Source: Chrysomallon squamiferum (lineage: Eukaryota > Animalia > Mollusca). From it: a stretch of 64,000 bases of DNA. Positions 1 through 14,622 of this stretch are shown here, in pieces (the first letter of the stretch is position 1; each line of letters opens with the position of its first letter). The stretch lies in the NCBI GenBank assembly GCA_012295275.1, contig CM022668.1, forward strand, positions 14,756,001-14,820,000, in the 5' to 3' direction. The notes beneath the pieces are model-generated. The model was not told the DNA's origin, ran no database searches, and worked only from the letters and a program-made list of their open reading frames with translations. Made by a program: the position numbers and the translations under genes.

Positions 1-1224
<1,224 letters not shown>

Positions 1225-2699
1225 AAACAAGTTTGCATGGCTCCCTGCCCTGGGTCGGACCCTAGGCTTCGGTCTAGTTAGCAATAGGGATAATAAGGCG
1301 CTGTAGCATAGCTTTAATGCTGAAGGAAAATCTATTTGTTTTGCTATTTTATGATAACAGGGACCAAATGTCTTATGTTATTTGAACCTTTGAACTATAA
1401 TTATGTTTCTTCGGCAATGCACACACCCACAAGACATACGAGTACACAAGCACATACATTTATACAAAGCACAGAGCTTATAACTAAAACATACTACAAT
1501 TCAAATATATAGAAACAAACACCCTTTCCTTCAAAAATCCATCAGTATTTTGGTTACATAGAAAGGAAAAGCCTCTGTTTGAAGAATAAATCAACTATTC
1601 AGTTACAGAGAAACGAATGCTTCCTTTTCCTAAAATAGACTAGTACTTTAGTTACAAATGAAAATGTGTGTAATTCTGAATATTTGGAAGCACAAAATAA
1701 CTGCATACTCCTGCATCTTTTTAATTTGCACAAATTTACTAGAAAAAATATAATATAACGTGTCAAAATGTAAAGATCTGTTTATCTAATATATTATTCT
1801 CTGTCATGTCAATATAGATTACTTGTTGTTGCTTTTTAAAAGGTTTGGAAGATACTTCTTGTCCTGAGGAAAAATGTATTTCTACGAAATCTGATTTTCA
1901 GCGCTAGGAACGTTAAAAAGCCGTGGTTTACTACTTTATATCAGTACATCCCAAGTGTAAAATTGTAAAAATAATTATGAAGAAGTAGGCCCTAGTACTA
2001 ATTCATTCATCAGTCTATCATAAAATCTGCATATACATATAGAAAGTCCTTTATAGTGATAAGTCCTTTTATATATAATGAAAGGAGATAACAGAATAAT
2101 TTTAATTTATAAAAAAAAAAAAAAAATTTCAAGTAATAAGTTTTGTCATTTAAGTGTTGTGAAATATTTAAGTATGAGATTTTATTATAGAATAACTTTA
2201 AATCCTAACAGAAACAAAGAGAAGAAAGGGAACTCCACTTGTGACTCTTTTATAGCAATTTCAAATATTTTTATATTATGTAAAATATTTTCATTAATTA
2301 ATTAAATTTTCTAACATATCATTTACAATTTTATTAAATTTGAAACGTCTTGTTGAATATATATTATCTTTTACACACCGTAATTAAATCTCAATTTTCT
2401 TCTTGATCTTTCTAAAATCTGATCCACAATCTTGTTAGTATTCAATGTGCAGTGCACAGACGATTCTACATGGAGGTGACCATCAGGCAATCGGTCCATC
2501 TGTGATAGTGAGTCAACATTTCATATAAATTGAGACATAATTAATTTTTTTATGTAGTATAACGGATCCTTAGGATGAAAATACTAAAACTATACTGTAA
2601 AGTTAAACATATGTATTCCTACTTAGTTATCTAAGTACTTAAAATTGTTTCTCTTCAATATTTCTTCAAACTTGTTAAGAACATTGTAAAAATTTAATT

Positions 2700-2870
2700 T
2701 ACAGAGCACAAACGATTCTATGTGGAATTAATATGAAATTACTCAGGTTTTCATCTTTCAGAGTGGATCACATTGAAGAACAGAAAAAAATCGTCTCTCC
2801 AGAAGAATTTGTGTCGACAAGTGACAACTGAATGCATAAACAAATGTACATGTTTTGAAACGTTTTCTGT
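2700..2870 (-). mobile_element. hATC remnant, degenerate copy
   Basis: aacgattcta...catctttcagagtggatcaca...ctctccagaa...aaatgtacatg matches the 7740-7910 copy. Confidence 0.55.
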
Positions 2871-4979
2871 ATCACTTTTGACAATTCTGACCAACTGAAA
2901 AACTAAGACTGGGTTTTGAACAAGACCCTTTCGGCCCATCTTTGACTGCGTGTAAAACTTTTTATATAAACTGGTTTTAATCATTTATGTTTTATATAGC
3001 CTAACGTACCCTTAGTGTCTCTCTTTTAAAGATGATCCTGTAAATTAGTTTCAATGACGTGCATAGAGTGTTTGATGTGTACATAGTTTTAAAAATTAAG
3101 ATTGAAATGAATAAAAAGGGTAACCTGGCTCACTGCTTTCGGTTAGTGATAATGCAGCGCTGGGAAGATAGCTTTGATCCTGAAGAAAATTATATTAATT
3201 GCTGATGGAAAACTCATTTCTCAGAAAATGGCAAATTACGATCGACACGTAGTTCTCTATATCGTTTAACTGCTTTATTAACTATTAGTTTTGACTTCTC
3301 GGGTCGACTCATTTGTTCTGTACGTAATCTAATTAGTCTGTTAATTTCTATTTGAGGTTTTATGATAGCACGGACTACACGTTTAATGTTATATGAACCT
3401 CAGATCTATACGTTTCTTCAACCATGCTGCAGACGGAAACACATACAACTACACACACACGCACAGACAGATTCATACAAATCGCATAGAGTATAAACAA
3501 AAGACAGCATAGCTTAAATATACAGAAATAAAGGCCCTTTCTTGCAAAAATCAAACAGTATTTTGATTACATAGAAACAAATTACATCTGTTTGAAAAAT
3601 ACATCAGTAATTCAGTTACAGAAAATATATATATAACAAATAAATAAATAAGTAAATAAAAATTTTAAATAATTAAAAAATAAATAATAAAAATAAAAAG
3701 TATTGCCAAAAAATAAAAATAATAAAATAATATAAAATAAATAAAATAGAATAAAATAGAATAAAATAAAATAACTGAAACAATCTTCATGCAAATCTGC
3801 TGAAAATTACGTAAAAATATAATGAAATGTCATTATGAACGTGAAGAAATTACCTCCAAGAAATAAAAGAACAAACTCGTCTTTGTATTTGACTGTTATG
3901 TGAGGTCTCAATGACAACACATCGTGTAAAAATAGAATTAACATATTGTTTAGTTCTTTACAAATGCATTTGATAACGTGTCCACCTGCAAACATCTGAT
4001 ATATCATTCTGGTATATCGCTTACTTATTGTTGCTTTATAAAAGGTTAGGCATGACACTTCTTTTCATGAGGACAAATATATTTGTCCGAACATTCCTTT
4101 TTAGTGACAAAGTCGTAGAGTTTATATTTTCCATCGGGACACCTCAAATTCAAAGTTTTAAAAATAATTAAGGAAAGTACTACTGATATAAATATTGATA
4201 TTAATTGTCCCTCTGTTTCTGTGTCTACCATCTATCTACCTGAAATCATTTACATTCATATACATTCTGTAATGAAAGTATCTCAAAAATACTCGTTTAT
4301 ATTGATCAATCCACATACTGCATATATTTTAATCGATAACAAACGATAATAATATTTAAGTGATAAATTTTGTCATTTAGCTGCTGTGAAATGTTTCATT
4401 ATGTTCTTTCTATAAAACGTAATTTTGAAAATTAAGACAGACGAAAACAAACTCCACTAATACCCTTTTTATGAACTTCAAGTATTTTCGTCATGCTAAA
4501 TTATTTTTTTTTATTAATTAACTGTTTACTTAATTTATTACAATTTAATTAAATTTCATATGTCTTACCCGAACCAATATTATGTCTTTTCTCCAAGTTA
4601 ATAAAATAGCAAAATTGAATTCAATTAGGACTGTCAGCTGCAGAATTAATTTTTGCTAGCCGCTAGACGACAAATACAGCACAGAGATAAGGGTTGGCAA
4701 GATACAGTGCTGTATTAACACTCCTCACTTCGGATTTCTCACTCTCCTTTCGTAGAATTTATTGTAATAATATTACAAATGAAGTAATTGATGGAGTAAC
4801 AAAGAAAATAATATCATATTTTCAGACAACCTTTAATTAGCATGAAGCAAAGCAATACCAAAAGAACGGTAATCTACTGTAAAATCAAACATATGCCTAA
4901 ATATGTATCTAGGTAGTTAGTAATTTTTCTCGTTTATCTTTCTACAAACTGATCCAGAATATTGTTAACATTTAATTTC

Positions 4980-5150
4980 CAGAGCGCAGTCGAGTCTACC
5001 TGGATTAATGCCAGATTGCTGAGCCTCTCATATTTCAGAGTGGATCACATTTAGAAGCAAAAAGAGACCTCTCTCCAGAACAGTTTGTTTCGATAAGTCA
5101 GAAGTAAGTATGTAAACAAATGTACATGTTTGGGAAAAGTTTCCTGCATT
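4980..5150 (-). mobile_element. hATC remnant, degenerate copy
   Basis: tctacctggattaatgcc...tcatatttcagagtggatcaca...ctctccagaa...aaatgtacatg is the same module. Confidence 0.55.
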
Positions 5151-6340
5151 TCATTTTTAACAGTTATGGTTAACTGAAAAATTAAGATTTCGTGTTGATC
5201 ACCCCTTCGACCTAGGTCCAGACTGTGCGCAAACTTTCACATAAATCTTTGAATAATTTCTTTTTTATGTAGTTTAGAGTACCCTTGGCGTTTGTCGTAT
5301 GAAACAGGATTCCAATAAATTAATTTCAATGACGTACATGGAGCGTTTGACATGTACACGGTATTAACGTTTAACACTAAAAGAAACAAGCCTAGTCAGC
5401 CTTAGTGATAATGAGGCGCTGGGAAGACAGCATTGATACTGAAGAAAAATAGATTTATTCCTGAAGAAAACATATTTCTCCGAAAATAGCAATTTACGAT
5501 CGAACATAGATCCCTATATAGTTTAGCTGCTTTATTAAGTATTATTTTTTACTTCTCGGATCGAGTACTTTGTTTTGAACGTAATCTAATTAGTCTGTTA
5601 ATTTGATAATTTATGATAGCAATGACCAAGCGTTTTATTGTTATATGAACCTCAGATTTATACGTTTCTTCAACCATGCAGCCGACAGAAACACATTCGA
5701 ACATACAGACGCACCCACATATTCATTCAAACCACGTAGAGTATAAATAAAACACAACATAGTTTAAATATATAGGAACAACCCACTTTCTTTGAAAAAG
5801 CAATCAGTATTTTAGTTTCATAGAAACGAACTACTTCTCTTTGAAAAGTGCATCAGTAATTAACACCGAGAGACATGAATTCCCCCTATTCTAAACTAGA
5901 TTAGTGATTTACTTATAAATTAAAACGTGTGTAATTCAGAATATTAATTCGGAAAGACAAAATAATTACATAATACTGCAATTTTTATTTGAGCAAATGT
6001 ATTAGTTGATATTGATGTATTAAATTGTTAAACATGGCATTGCAAAGAAGAAGTATGTATATACAAATTTAATGGAAAAGTAAATAATCACAATAAATAA
6101 ATAAAATTATATTTCTGAAAACTGCCTTTTAGTGACAAAGTCTGTCGGGCTAACATAGGCTTCAATGCTGAAGAAAAACCCACAGAAAGAATGCTCTCTT
6201 TTTCCAGAATAGATTAGTATTTTAGTAACAACTTAAAATGTGTGTAATTATGAACGTTATTTGGAAAGACAAAACAACTGCATGATTTTTATTTCCACAA
6301 ATTTATTGGTTAATAATTCGATTTATATAATAATATTAAA

Positions 6341-6407
<67 letters not shown>

Positions 6408-7039
6408 TAAAATAAAATAACAAAAGCAATCGTCATTCAAATCTGATGTAAAAGATCATGAAATGTAATTATCAATATGAACATGATAAATAATAATAAA
6501 ACAGCTCGCCATCTTCCTCACACCGAAACTCTTAGTGCACTGATAACAGATTCCGAGTGTACGTAATGATATAATATAATGTATTACTACCTCCTATTTC
6601 ATATTTACTCTATTTAAATTATTAATCACATTTACACAAGGAAGTAAATGACGATTTCGTATTGTAATGTTAAATATTCTGATTCTAAGTAAGAATATAG
6701 TATTTTGTGTAATTCCCATTTCCAGTAAAATGTTGAGTTCTAATTAACACTGTTATGTTACGGCCGCCTTCTTATTCGTACAGACAATAAAAGACAAATA
6801 GTGATGAAGTGATAAATTGTGTCATTGAAGATTAAATACTACTAACTCAGTTATTGATGTAACTTTCAAAGAGCTAATTCTTTTAAGCTGGATTACTCTA
6901 TTAATGGAGTAAGAAAAAAATTATATATTTTGAGACAACCTTTAATTAGCATGAAGTAAAGCAACATCAAACACCGGTACTGTACTGTAAAAGTAAATAC
7001 AGATATGACCACATAGGTATCTAAGTATAAAGAAAATAA

Positions 7040-7200
7040 AGCAAACGATTCTACATGGATTAATGCGAAATTACTGAGTTTCTCATATTTCAGTGTGGAT
7101 CTCATTTAAGAGCAGAAAACGATCTCCCTCCAGAACATTTTGTGACGAGAAATGACAAGTAAATACGTAAACAAAAGTCCATGATTGGAAAAGTTTCTTG
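7040..7200 (-). mobile_element. hATC remnant, second copy
   Basis: RSTLKYEKLSNFALIHVES; the DNA aligns by eye with 7740-7910. Confidence 0.65.
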
Positions 7201-7443
7201 TGTTTCAATTTTGACAGTTTTGACCAACAGAACCAACAGAAATATTAAGATTGGGAGGTGACCCTCAGTCGTTCGGTCCATCTGTGACAGTGCGTCAAAA
7301 GTTCATATAAGAATTTACCCACAGTTTATTTTTTATATAGTTAAACGGATCCTTAGCTTATCTCGTGTCAAAGAAGATTTCAAGAAACTAATTTCAGTGA
7401 AGCGCGTGGAGCATTTGACTTCTACATATTATTCACAACTCAC

Positions 7444-7497
<54 letters not shown>

Positions 7498-7721
7498 TTG
7501 CAAACTCTCCTTTCGTACAATGCATAACAATAATTAATGAAGTAATTAATAGAATAACAGAGAAAACAATATCATCTTATCAGACAACCTTTAATTAGAA
7601 TGAAGCAAAGCAATAGTACAAATACCAGTAATGAACTGTAAAATCAAACATATATATGCCTATATCTAGGTACATGAAGTGCTTTCTACTTTATATTTCA
7701 GTAAGCTGATTCAAAATATTG

Positions 7722-7910
7722 TTAAAATTTCCGCAGTACGAACGATTCTACAGTCATTAGTGCAAAATGACTAAGCTTTTCATCTTTCAGAGTGGAGCAC
7801 AGGTAATTCTTAATACGTTTAAGTGTAGAAAAAGACTTCTCTACAGAAGTATCGAGAATTGACAAGTAAATATGTAAGCTAATGTACATGATTGAAAAAG
7901 TTTCCTGCAT
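7722..7910 (-). mobile_element. hAT transposase C-terminal dimerisation-domain remnant (best-preserved copy)
   Basis: SVEKSFSTLKRIKNYLCSTLKDEKLSHFALMTVES resembles the hATC consensus ERSFS.LKRIK.YLRSTM...RL..LAL..IE. Confidence 0.75.
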
Positions 7911-8293
7911 ATGATTTCTAATAGTCTTGACCAGCTGAAAAATTCAGATTAGTGGTGACCCCGCTCGTTCAGTCCCGACTGTTCGTCAACATGTTGCATA
8001 CATTGGCCCATGATTTCTTTTTTATATACAGATTAACGCCCCATTAGCGTCTCCCCAAAGACGTCAAAAACACATATCAAAGAGGGTTATATTATATAAA
8101 CCTTAGATCTGTATGTTTCTTCAACCATGCAGCAAAGCAAAACACACATACGACACACAGATTCATAGAAACCATAAATAAAACACAACATGGTTTAAAT
8201 ATTTAGAAACAAACACTCTTTCTTTCAAAAATCAGTATTTTTGTTAGATAGAAAAGAACTTTCTATGTTTGAAGAATACATCAGTAATTTAGT

Positions 8294-9385
8294 TACACAG
8301 AAATGAAAGCTCTTTTTTTTCTAAAATAGATTAGTAATTTAGTTACAAATTAAAACCGATGTAATTCTGAATATATATTTTGAAATACAAGATAGTTACA
8401 TGCTGTTGGATGATTTTTGTTTGCAATATATATAGTAGATAATAAATAAAGAAAGAAAAGAAAAAAAAAAGGAAAGAAAGAAAGAAATTTACAAATAAAA
8501 AATAGTAAAATAAAAAACTAAATAGAAAAGTAACTAAAACCACCATGAAGCCAATCTGCTGAAAATGACAAGAACAAACTCGTGTTTATGTCTCTTGAGA
8601 CCTGACTGATGATACAGCGTGTGTAAGTGAAATCTTTAAATCTTTATAAATGCAGTGACCTTTGATAACGTGTCCACCTGCAAATTTCTGTTTTTCTAAT
8701 ATATTATTCTATGAATACAGCTTAAAAATTATTTCTTATTAATTAATTAAGTTTAAAACGTCTTACCTGAAGCCATATTTTTTCCTTTTCCCAAATTAAC
8801 AAAATCGAAAAATTGAATTCAGTTAGGACTCTTCATTACAGATTTAGTCTGTGGTAGCCGCTTGACGACAAATACAGCACAGTACTCGTTGTTGTCTTAC
8901 ATAAGTGATCAGAGAACAGCTCTGTTCCTGAGGAAAACGTATTTCCCCGAAAACAGTTATTTTCCTTTACTGGCTTTATTTACTGTGTAATGTCTAAAAA
9001 TAAGACTGAGCAGAGTGTGACATGAAATGTAGTAATACTTTGAATTCATGTGTACATTGTAGGTTTTAAATTAAAATTAAAATAACGATGTAATGATGTT
9101 ATCATATCAAACAGTTTATGTTATCATGCCAGTGTTTTCAAGCAGACCACATGTAGTATAAAATACAATACATTTAATATGGAATTTTTGTAATAGCCGA
9201 ACCCCCTTTGTTTCCAAAATACATGATTATTTAGTTACTGGGAAATTGAATCTTTTAATTGTGAACAATAACTTTGAAGTACAAGTTTATTTGTTTCTAT
9301 TTGAACAAATTTATTATTTAAAATTGCACTTTCAAACTGTTGAATATGCGAACATAGATATAAAAAGAGAGTCAGAGAAATTAGT

Positions 9386-9476
<91 letters not shown>
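8294..9476 (+). repeat. Copy B of the ~1.2 kb direct duplication ending in (GA)n
   Basis: Starts tacacagaaatgaaagctc as at position 1 and stays colinear up to the GA tract. Confidence 0.9.
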
Positions 9477-9478
<2 letters not shown>

Positions 9479-9821
9479 ACATGGCAACACACAGAAAACG
9501 TCTTCGTTTTGATACGAAAATAAATAAGTAAATAAAAAAATAAAATAAAAAAATAAATATTATCTTCTCAATCCCCCGTATCTACACTTTCATGTGAAAA
9601 ATAAACCCAAAATTGAAACAATATCTTCTAATGAATACCAAATGGAGGCGATAGCCGGGGTAATAAAAACTACAGGTCGTTCTATTGTCGTTTTTTTTGT
9701 TTTATCATGAGTCAAAATATCTCGACTTCTTATATGACTTTTGAAACGCATCGTTGTCTTCTAGACTTTCATCTTCCTTTTTTTCTCGTTTGAAACACAA
9801 TTATTAAGCGATTATTAATAG

Positions 9822-9879
<58 letters not shown>

Positions 9880-9962
9880 TTATTATTATTGGTAGTAGTT
9901 GTGGTAGTAGTAGTAGTATTAATAGCATTAGTACTAATGGTTCTGCTAGTAATGTTATAACT

Positions 9963-10219
9963 CAGGGGTCGGTAACCTTTTGGAGAGAGGGAAGAGACAG
10001 CTATGCAGTGTTTTGGAGGATGGCCAAGATATCAAATATTTTTTGAATGATGGCCTAGATATCAAATATTTTTCACACACACACACAAACACACACACCT
10101 ATATCGCTATCTCTCAAAAGGGATGCTAGGAAGCAAGGCTGCTTTGGTCTGGGCGTTTAAAGAAAAAACAATGAAGTCAATGTAATAACTGCTGTCCAAC
10201 TGTTCAGTGCCAAACCCTG
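9963..10219. mobile_element. Non-autonomous hAT-type MITE (257 bp)
   Basis: Ends CAGGGGTCGGTAAC ... GTGCCAAACCCTG (imperfect TIRs starting CAGGG), flanked by 8-bp near-identical direct repeats TTATAACT (9955-9962) and TTATAGCT (10220-10227). An 8-bp TSD is typical of hAT elements. Confidence 0.65.
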
Positions 10220-12129
10220 TTATAGCTGGTGGTAGTAGTAGTAGTCGTCGTAGTGTAAAAGTAGTCTGTGAACTAGTAATAGTCATAGTGTAATAGTAGT
10301 AATAATAGCAGTAGCAGCAGTAGTAATAGAAGTTAGTGGTAGTAGAAGAACCAGTAGTAGTAATAGTGCTAGTAGTTCTAATAATGGTTGTATTAGTAAT
10401 ATTTGAACTAGTAGAAGTCGTTATTGTTATCGTGCTGCTTCTACAACGACATATAAGCGAACTGATAATATTAGTGGTAGTTATCGTTGTTGTCGTTATT
10501 CTTGTTCTTGTTCTGTCACATAACAGTCTACATAAGGACATTAACCACACTATGTAATCATAAATTAAAAATTTAATAGTGTGTCATGAAATCATTCAAT
10601 TTATCCTTCTTTCTTTCTGAAATGAATAAAAGAATACCAAGACGTTCTATTTTACGATTAATTTGCTATCAAGTGGCGAAACGACGATAATAAAATGACA
10701 GCTACGGAACACCCACATATCAGGTTAAAGATACCCAGTAACATTAGATCCCCACGTCTAATTTTATACCTCGTGTGTATGCAGTATTGAAGTAAATGTA
10801 AAGGTATCCTTCGCCCAAATTACGTCTCGGTTCACAGGTAAGAGAAGAGTACGCGTAGATTTAATGTGACCGAAACAAATAACAGGTGGATGGAAGATAA
10901 ATAGTAGTTTCGTATGATTGGGTTAAATTACAGGTATGACTGAGTTGAAATAGACACATGAGGCACATCTTTTAAAAACACCTGTGGATGAAAATGATCT
11001 GATAACGTCACTGAACTGCAGAATACGAGCAGCGTAAGACGATCTGTCAGTGCATTACTTAATGGAATTCAAGATTTAATGATTAAATAAATAAATAAAT
11101 AACAAGTACATAAATAAACAAGTAGATAAATAAATGTTAGTTTACTAACATACTAACGTTCTAATCCGTTGATGATGATGTCACTAATGTTAACTTAAGA
11201 GAGAGAAAGACCGAAAGAGAGGACGAAAGAGAGACGGAATGAGAAACAGAGAAAGAGAGACGGAATGAGAGACAGAGAAAGAGGACAGAAAGAGACAGAG
11301 AGACGAAGAGATAACGAGATAGATAAAAAGTCTACGAAAGAAAATTGTACAGAACTGCTCAGTCAGTCAGTTTATTAAAGATATATACATTAAAATGTGC
11401 AATTATTTTATGATATAATGCAGCATCTCAAATATCATAAAATACCAGGGTTGCTGGTACCAGTAGAATTTGAAAAAACCCAGTTTTTACCCAGACAAAT
11501 TTACATACTTTTAACCAAGACAGATTTACATATTTTTAACCTTAAATCATCAATAAAAAGTAGGATTAAAATTTTAAAAATAATTCAGTGGCGATAGTTT
11601 TAGGAATTGGATATTTGGGACAGTGTTAATCGGTAAAGAGAATAAAGACAAAACCATTTACTTTCTTCTTATCTTTTTATAAAATGCTCAACAATACTAG
11701 CTTACTATTTACAAATTCTAACAGTGTCAGAGGTAGAGATAGCAGATGCTGATAAATTATATTATTTTCCAGTATATCACAGCATTTATCTTAGATCATT
11801 AATCTCAGAACATTTCAAACGTGTATATGGTGATTTTTAGAGACAGAACGAGTTCCTGATTATGAAGATGATGATAACAATAATGATTACGACAGTTATA
11901 ACAGTAATGAAGATGGTGATAACTATAACGATAATGATAAATATTATTATTATTATTACAACTATCATTACAACATTTTCTTCTTAATTTTGTTTTCTGT
12001 TTCTTAGTTCAAAGACAAATAGTTGTAAGGATGACGTCTCTGCTCTATGTACAAAATATAGTTTGTTTGTAGAATAATACTAGCTGTTTTAAACTCTTTT
12101 TATCTTCTCATAAATTAGCATGAAACTTA

Positions 12130-12262
12130 TCCAAACATGTTCATTTATTTACGTATTTACTTGTCATTTCTCGTCACGAACTGTTCTATTTCTGATCCAC
12201 AATGAAATGTGTGAGGCTCAGTAATTTGGCATCAATCCAGGTAGACTCGTCTGTGCTCTGGA
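12130..12262 (+). mobile_element. hATC remnant in the opposite orientation
   Basis: STMKCVRLSNLASIQVDS on the plus strand; reverse complement of the 4980-5150 module. Confidence 0.55.
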
Positions 12263-12449
12263 AACCCTTATCTCAAGCAACAACGAGTATTGTACAGTGT
12301 ATGTCGTCAAGCGGCTATCAAAAACTAATTCTGTGGTAAAACAGCTTTAACTGAATTGAATTTTGCAATTTTATTAACTTGGTGGAAAGACCAAATAGGG
12401 CTTTGGGTAAGATGTTCTAGATTGAATTCAGTCGTTTTACTGGTGAATA

Positions 12450-12843
12450 CGTTGATTACATCAGACAAGCTGTGTGGCTTTGTGACCTGAAGACAGTTTT
12501 ATAGACTTGACGTGTCTTGTGGCCCTGTATCCTGCTGCTTTTAGCCTATTCCTGTCGGTCGTGTAGGAAAAGACTCAGCCTGATAACAACTGTTATCATA
12601 AAGATGTGTTTGTGTTACATGGCAGGCGTCTAACAAGACTCAACAATGCTGTTTCCTGTCTTATTGTTGTCTTTCGGTGTCTGCCAAGTCTTGGACGAAC
12701 TTTAACATCATTGGGAGCTCTGTGTTTGTTCATCTGTCTTGAAGTGATGGAAACTTTGCACCCATATTGACGTCCAGTTTGGCTGCATTTCTTATGTCAG
12801 TGATCTGCCACATTGTAGCCTCTGACAGTTTACAACGTGCCAT
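12450..12843 (-). mobile_element. Degenerate Tc1/mariner transposase, N-terminal DNA-binding region
   Basis: From ATG at 12843 it reads MARCKLSEATMWQITDIRNA..., then DVKVRPRLGRHRKTTIRQETALLSLVRRLP...TTDRNRLKAAGYRATRHVKSIKLSSGHKATQLV*C. This matches the Tc1 pattern RPRSGRPRKTT..ED..L...VR....TVRNRL..AG..ARRP.K.PLL...HK..RL.WC, with several stops. Not in the ORF track. Confidence 0.75.
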
Positions 12844-13252
12844 GACAGTTGTGTTACTGAATATTCAGTGCAAACTGACTGGAATGAGTATGACATATAA
12901 TTATTACAAACCAGATTTCAACAATGTTGTTCTTATGACAATTCACATGCATTGCATCTTGTTGTTGTATGTGCATTGAGTACCTCCAGGAAAGTCATGT
13001 TATTCAGCAAGATGCCTCGTCAATACATTATTCAGGAAAATGCGCTGTTTTCTTAATTCACACAATTACAGGTCTGTGAATTGGGTATTGCTTAGTTATT
13101 GTCCTGATGTACAGATAGAAAGATAGGTTTGAAGATATATAGCAAGAAAAACACAAACATTCATTCATACATTCACACATGCATTTACACATAGATAGAC
13201 GGATATAATTAAATACTGAGAGAAAAACTTATTCTTTTAAATTTTGTTCTAG

Positions 13253-13686
13253 ATGATGAACAGATTCCAGTTTCTGAATTAAAGAAGCCATTTGAACAAC
13301 AGGTGAGCATCATTCAATCACTACTTGATTTATTTACTTAGTATCAGATTAAACAAAAATACATTAATTTATGTCTGAACAAAATGCTACAAAACATTAT
13401 AAATCAAGTTAAAATAATTACACAAAGTGCCAAAGAAATGGGTTAAATAAATAAATAAATAAATAAACAACAAATGAGTGAATGATTTTTTAGTGACAGC
13501 AGTGCGTTTAAATAAGACAGTAAATAAAATATATTTATAAAGTTATATTACACTGTATTGTAGATAAATTAAATCAAAAATACATATGCTGTAATAATGC
13601 AATGAAATTTGTATTTTCTGTTGATATGTTTGTTTTACCTTTCTAAAAGCCTCAGACACTTCAAACAAACCAACCACCACAACAAG
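13253..13686 (+). CDS. Two candidate micro-exons upstream of the GIMAP exon (13253-13302; 13650/13656-13686)
   Basis: ttctag/ATGATGAA...CAACAG/gtgagc (DEQIPVSELKKPFEQQ) and aaag or ctcag/...CAACAAG/gtgtgt (PQTLQTNQPPQQ). Phases chain 1-0-1 into the phase-1 acceptor at 14623. Supported only by splice signals and phase. Confidence 0.45.
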
Positions 13687-13874
13687 GTGTGTCAAAAATT
13701 CGTCGAGGTTCTCTGACGTCTGGTATGTGTATCAGTTTGTAAATACTGATCATTCAAGAAATATACTTCGATAATACGCAAAATCATTAATACTGTAACG
13801 TCGTTCTCTAGTACAAATTTTGTAACAGTTTTATTACACCCTGTCACTGACGTCGCAGCAAGAGTACAAGAAGT

Positions 13875-14400
13875 AATAGTAGCTGTAGAGAGTAGTAATA
13901 CAAGCTGTACAGAATAGTAATACAAGCTGTACAGAATAGTAATACAAGGTGTACAGAATAGTAATACAAGGTGTACAGAATAGTCATAGTAGGTCTAGAG
14001 TGTAGTAATAGTAGTTGTAGAGTGTAGTAATAGTAACTGTAGAGTGTGGTAATAGTAAATGTAGTGTGTTGTAATACAAGCTGTACAGAATAGTAATACA
14101 AGGTGTACAGGATAGTAATACAAGGTGTACAGAATAGTAATACAAGGTGTACAGAATAGTAATACAAGGTGTACAGAATAGTAATACAAGGTGTACAGAA
14201 TAGTCATAGTAGGTCTAGAGTGTAGTAATAGTAGCTGTAGAGTGTAATAATAGTAACTGTAGCGAATAGTAATAGTAACTATGGACTGTATTATGAGTAG
14301 CTGTAGAGAACTGTAGGGAGAGAAAGTAATAGTCATTGTAGTGAGTAGTAATATTAGTGCTAGAGAGAGTAGTAGTAGTAGTAGTTGTAGAGAACGTAAC
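13875..14400. repeat. Minisatellite, 22-bp unit GTAATACAAGGTGTACAGAATA, grading into (GTA)n-like sequence
   Basis: Multiple tandem copies visible; lies in the putative GIMAP intron and produces the spurious YYYS-rich ORFs. Confidence 0.85.
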
Positions 14401-14622
14401 AACTGTCATGCCTTGTTAGTACTAATAATAGCAACTGTGGGTTGAGAGGCAATAATGGTAGAGAGAGTTGTCATATTGTGGTTGTAGTGGTTAAGTTAAT
14501 TGAAATGACCATGATGATGATAATAATAATGATTTACAATATTAACAACAATAACAACAACAGTGAGAAGATAACAATAATGTCTTGGATTCTACTATTA
14601 AATGTATTTGATATTCTTTAAG

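Noticed and set aside
10107-10550. Thr-rich mucin-like ORF (likewise 62590-63045)
   Set aside because: Derived from (TAG/TAC/CAA)n simple repeats; no signal peptide or exon structure.
12767-13071. ORF 12767..12979 or a segment ending at acag/gtctgt as a 5' GIMAP exon
   Set aside because: It overlaps the antisense Tc1 remnant, and there is no convincing start, acceptor or homology.
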